From: Fistulifera solaris
Lineage: Eukaryota
Length of the DNA: 64,000 bases
Direction of reading: 5' to 3'
NCBI GenBank assembly: GCA_030295235.1
Contig: AP026146.1
Location: 1 to 64,000, forward strand
Positions 62,493 through 64,000 of this stretch are shown here, one piece after another. Positions within the stretch are counted from its first letter, which is position 1; each line of letters opens with the position of its first letter. The position numbers were made by a program, and so were the translations under genes. Below the pieces are notes generated by a model. That model did not search any database. It was given only the letters and a program-made list of their open reading frames with translations, and was not told the origin of the DNA.

Positions 62493-64000
62493 CTACCACA
62501 AATGAAATTTGGGCAATCGATGCATCACTTCGGCTTTCAACACTAAGGGCAGCGCTACGGGGATCACTTTGAGATCGGGAGACAAGGCCGACGCAATCCC
62601 TTCCATGATTTCGACGGCCAAGGCGGCACTGACAAAACTCGGTTCCAATTTGACCTTGTGCATACAGGCCAAGTAACAAATGTCCACAATGTAATCACCG
62701 ACATTTTCGACAAAGTTATTCCCCTTATCGGATTCCACAATCTTTTGAATGCCTTGAACAAAGAGTTGCACATCGACATCACTGGCTTGATGTCGTGTGG
62801 ACGACGTATCGACCATGAGTTGTCCCGCCTTGGTGCCATCCTGTCGTGTAAAGGCCCCCAAGATCTTGACAACATTCACGTGTTGTTCCGGTCCCATTTC
62901 CAAGACAATTCCACAATCGAGTAAATGTAAATGGGGCTGTTGTGTTTCTTCGTTCCAACTGACCAGTATGTTACCCGGATGCAAGTCTGCGCGAGGATGA
63001 AAAGTAATAACAATAATAAGTAATGAGAAAGTATGTACGTTTGTGAATGAGTGAAACAACGAAAGAGAGAACAAGTCAAGTCAAGTCAAGTCAAGTCAAC
63101 TCAACTCAACTCAACACATTATGAAACGTACGCACCGCCATGTAAGAAATCATCCAAAAGATCATTTTCAATGTTGTTTCCAATCCCAACAAGGCAACTT
63201 GTTGTCGAACTTTTCCGAATATTTTGTTTCGTTGGTAAATTCCAAAATGGGCGTCCCGTGAACAAAGGTTTCTGTCAAGACTTGTCGTGTCGTATACTTC
63301 ATCAAGGGCGTGGGAAACGATACACGAGGATTGGAAGCGAAATTGTGTTGAAAGCGTTGTAAATGTTGCGCCTCCAAGGTCAAATCCAATTGCGGTAACA
63401 TGATATCCCGAAATTGTGTCACGGTATCGACCAAACTCAAATACTGCAAATTCAAATACGGCAAGGCTTCCAACCATTGTGCGACTTTGGCCATGATATA
63501 AAAATCAACACAAACTTTGTACAAGATTCCTGGATGTTGGACTTTGACCGCGAGCGGTGTCCCGGAAGGATACTTGTCGTAATTGTGTAACAAATGACCT
63601 TTATACACTTGCGCAATACATCCCGAACCAATGGGTGTTTGTTCCAAAGCCACGTGTTGTAGAAAGTTGGGTGGTAATTGTTGGACGGTTTCTAACCAAC
63701 TGTGTCCTACCGTTTCATCACGCAATGCCCCAAAATACGAACAAAATTCGGGTGAAAACAAATCGTGTCGTGTCGTGGCCCATTGGACCAATTTGACAAA
63801 GGTCGGTCCCGCTTGTTCCAATCCCCACAATGCGTATTGCCAATGATATTGTTGCAAAGTCGTTGAATATGCCGCGAAGGGATACAGTAACACAAAGGGC
63901 GTCGCGAGAGCTGTCAACGACAGTAAACGTGTCACGGCACGATACCATCGTTCTAGTTTGGTCGAACCTAATTGTGCCAACAATTCATCCGTCCAATCTT
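62493..64000 (-). CDS. ABC1/ADCK (AarF/UbiB) atypical kinase, 5' end outside window; intron 62987-63135; frameshift near 63190
   Basis: GPTFVKLVQWA.TR.DLF, IGSGCIAQVY, AVKVQHP, QLDLTLEA, HG|DLHPGNIL, LLDCG. Confidence 0.93.

Noticed and set aside
469..64000. Widespread pseudogenisation or programmed frameshifting
   Set aside because: Single-base shifts hit conserved housekeeping genes too, often at homopolymers; assembly indel error is the simpler explanation
1..64000. tRNA or rRNA genes
   Set aside because: None recognised by eye; tRNAscan-SE or Infernal would be needed to exclude them

Overview
Left end of a eukaryotic chromosome: (CCCTAA)n telomere at 1-258, then a gene-dense subtelomeric arm. 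Short GT-AG introns, a bipartite plastid-type presequence and the gene families suggest a pennate diatom (inference). Many genes carry single-base frameshifts, often at homopolymers, probably assembly indel errors. Contents: GnT-II-like glycosyltransferase, myotubularin, sulfotransferase-like protein; a ~15.5 kb cluster of 7 genes built from a repeated Cys-rich ~110-aa module resembling bacterial DUF6174; plastid-type Clp ATPase; mitochondrial L20; homoserine O-acetyltransferase flanked by two Cys-rich paralogs; two tandem 3xCRAL-TRIO-like+bZIP-like genes; CRTISO-like oxidoreductase; GT8; a transposon island (~44.6-61.3 kb); and an ABC1 kinase. The island holds a MULE-SWIM transposase, a canonical Harbinger (TIRs, TTA TSD) and the top finding: a 7.1 kb element bounded by ~170-bp TIRs encoding a Harbinger-like DDE nuclease plus three diverged paralogs of an apparent HSP20/alpha-crystallin-like domain. 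All family calls come from motif recognition, not searches.
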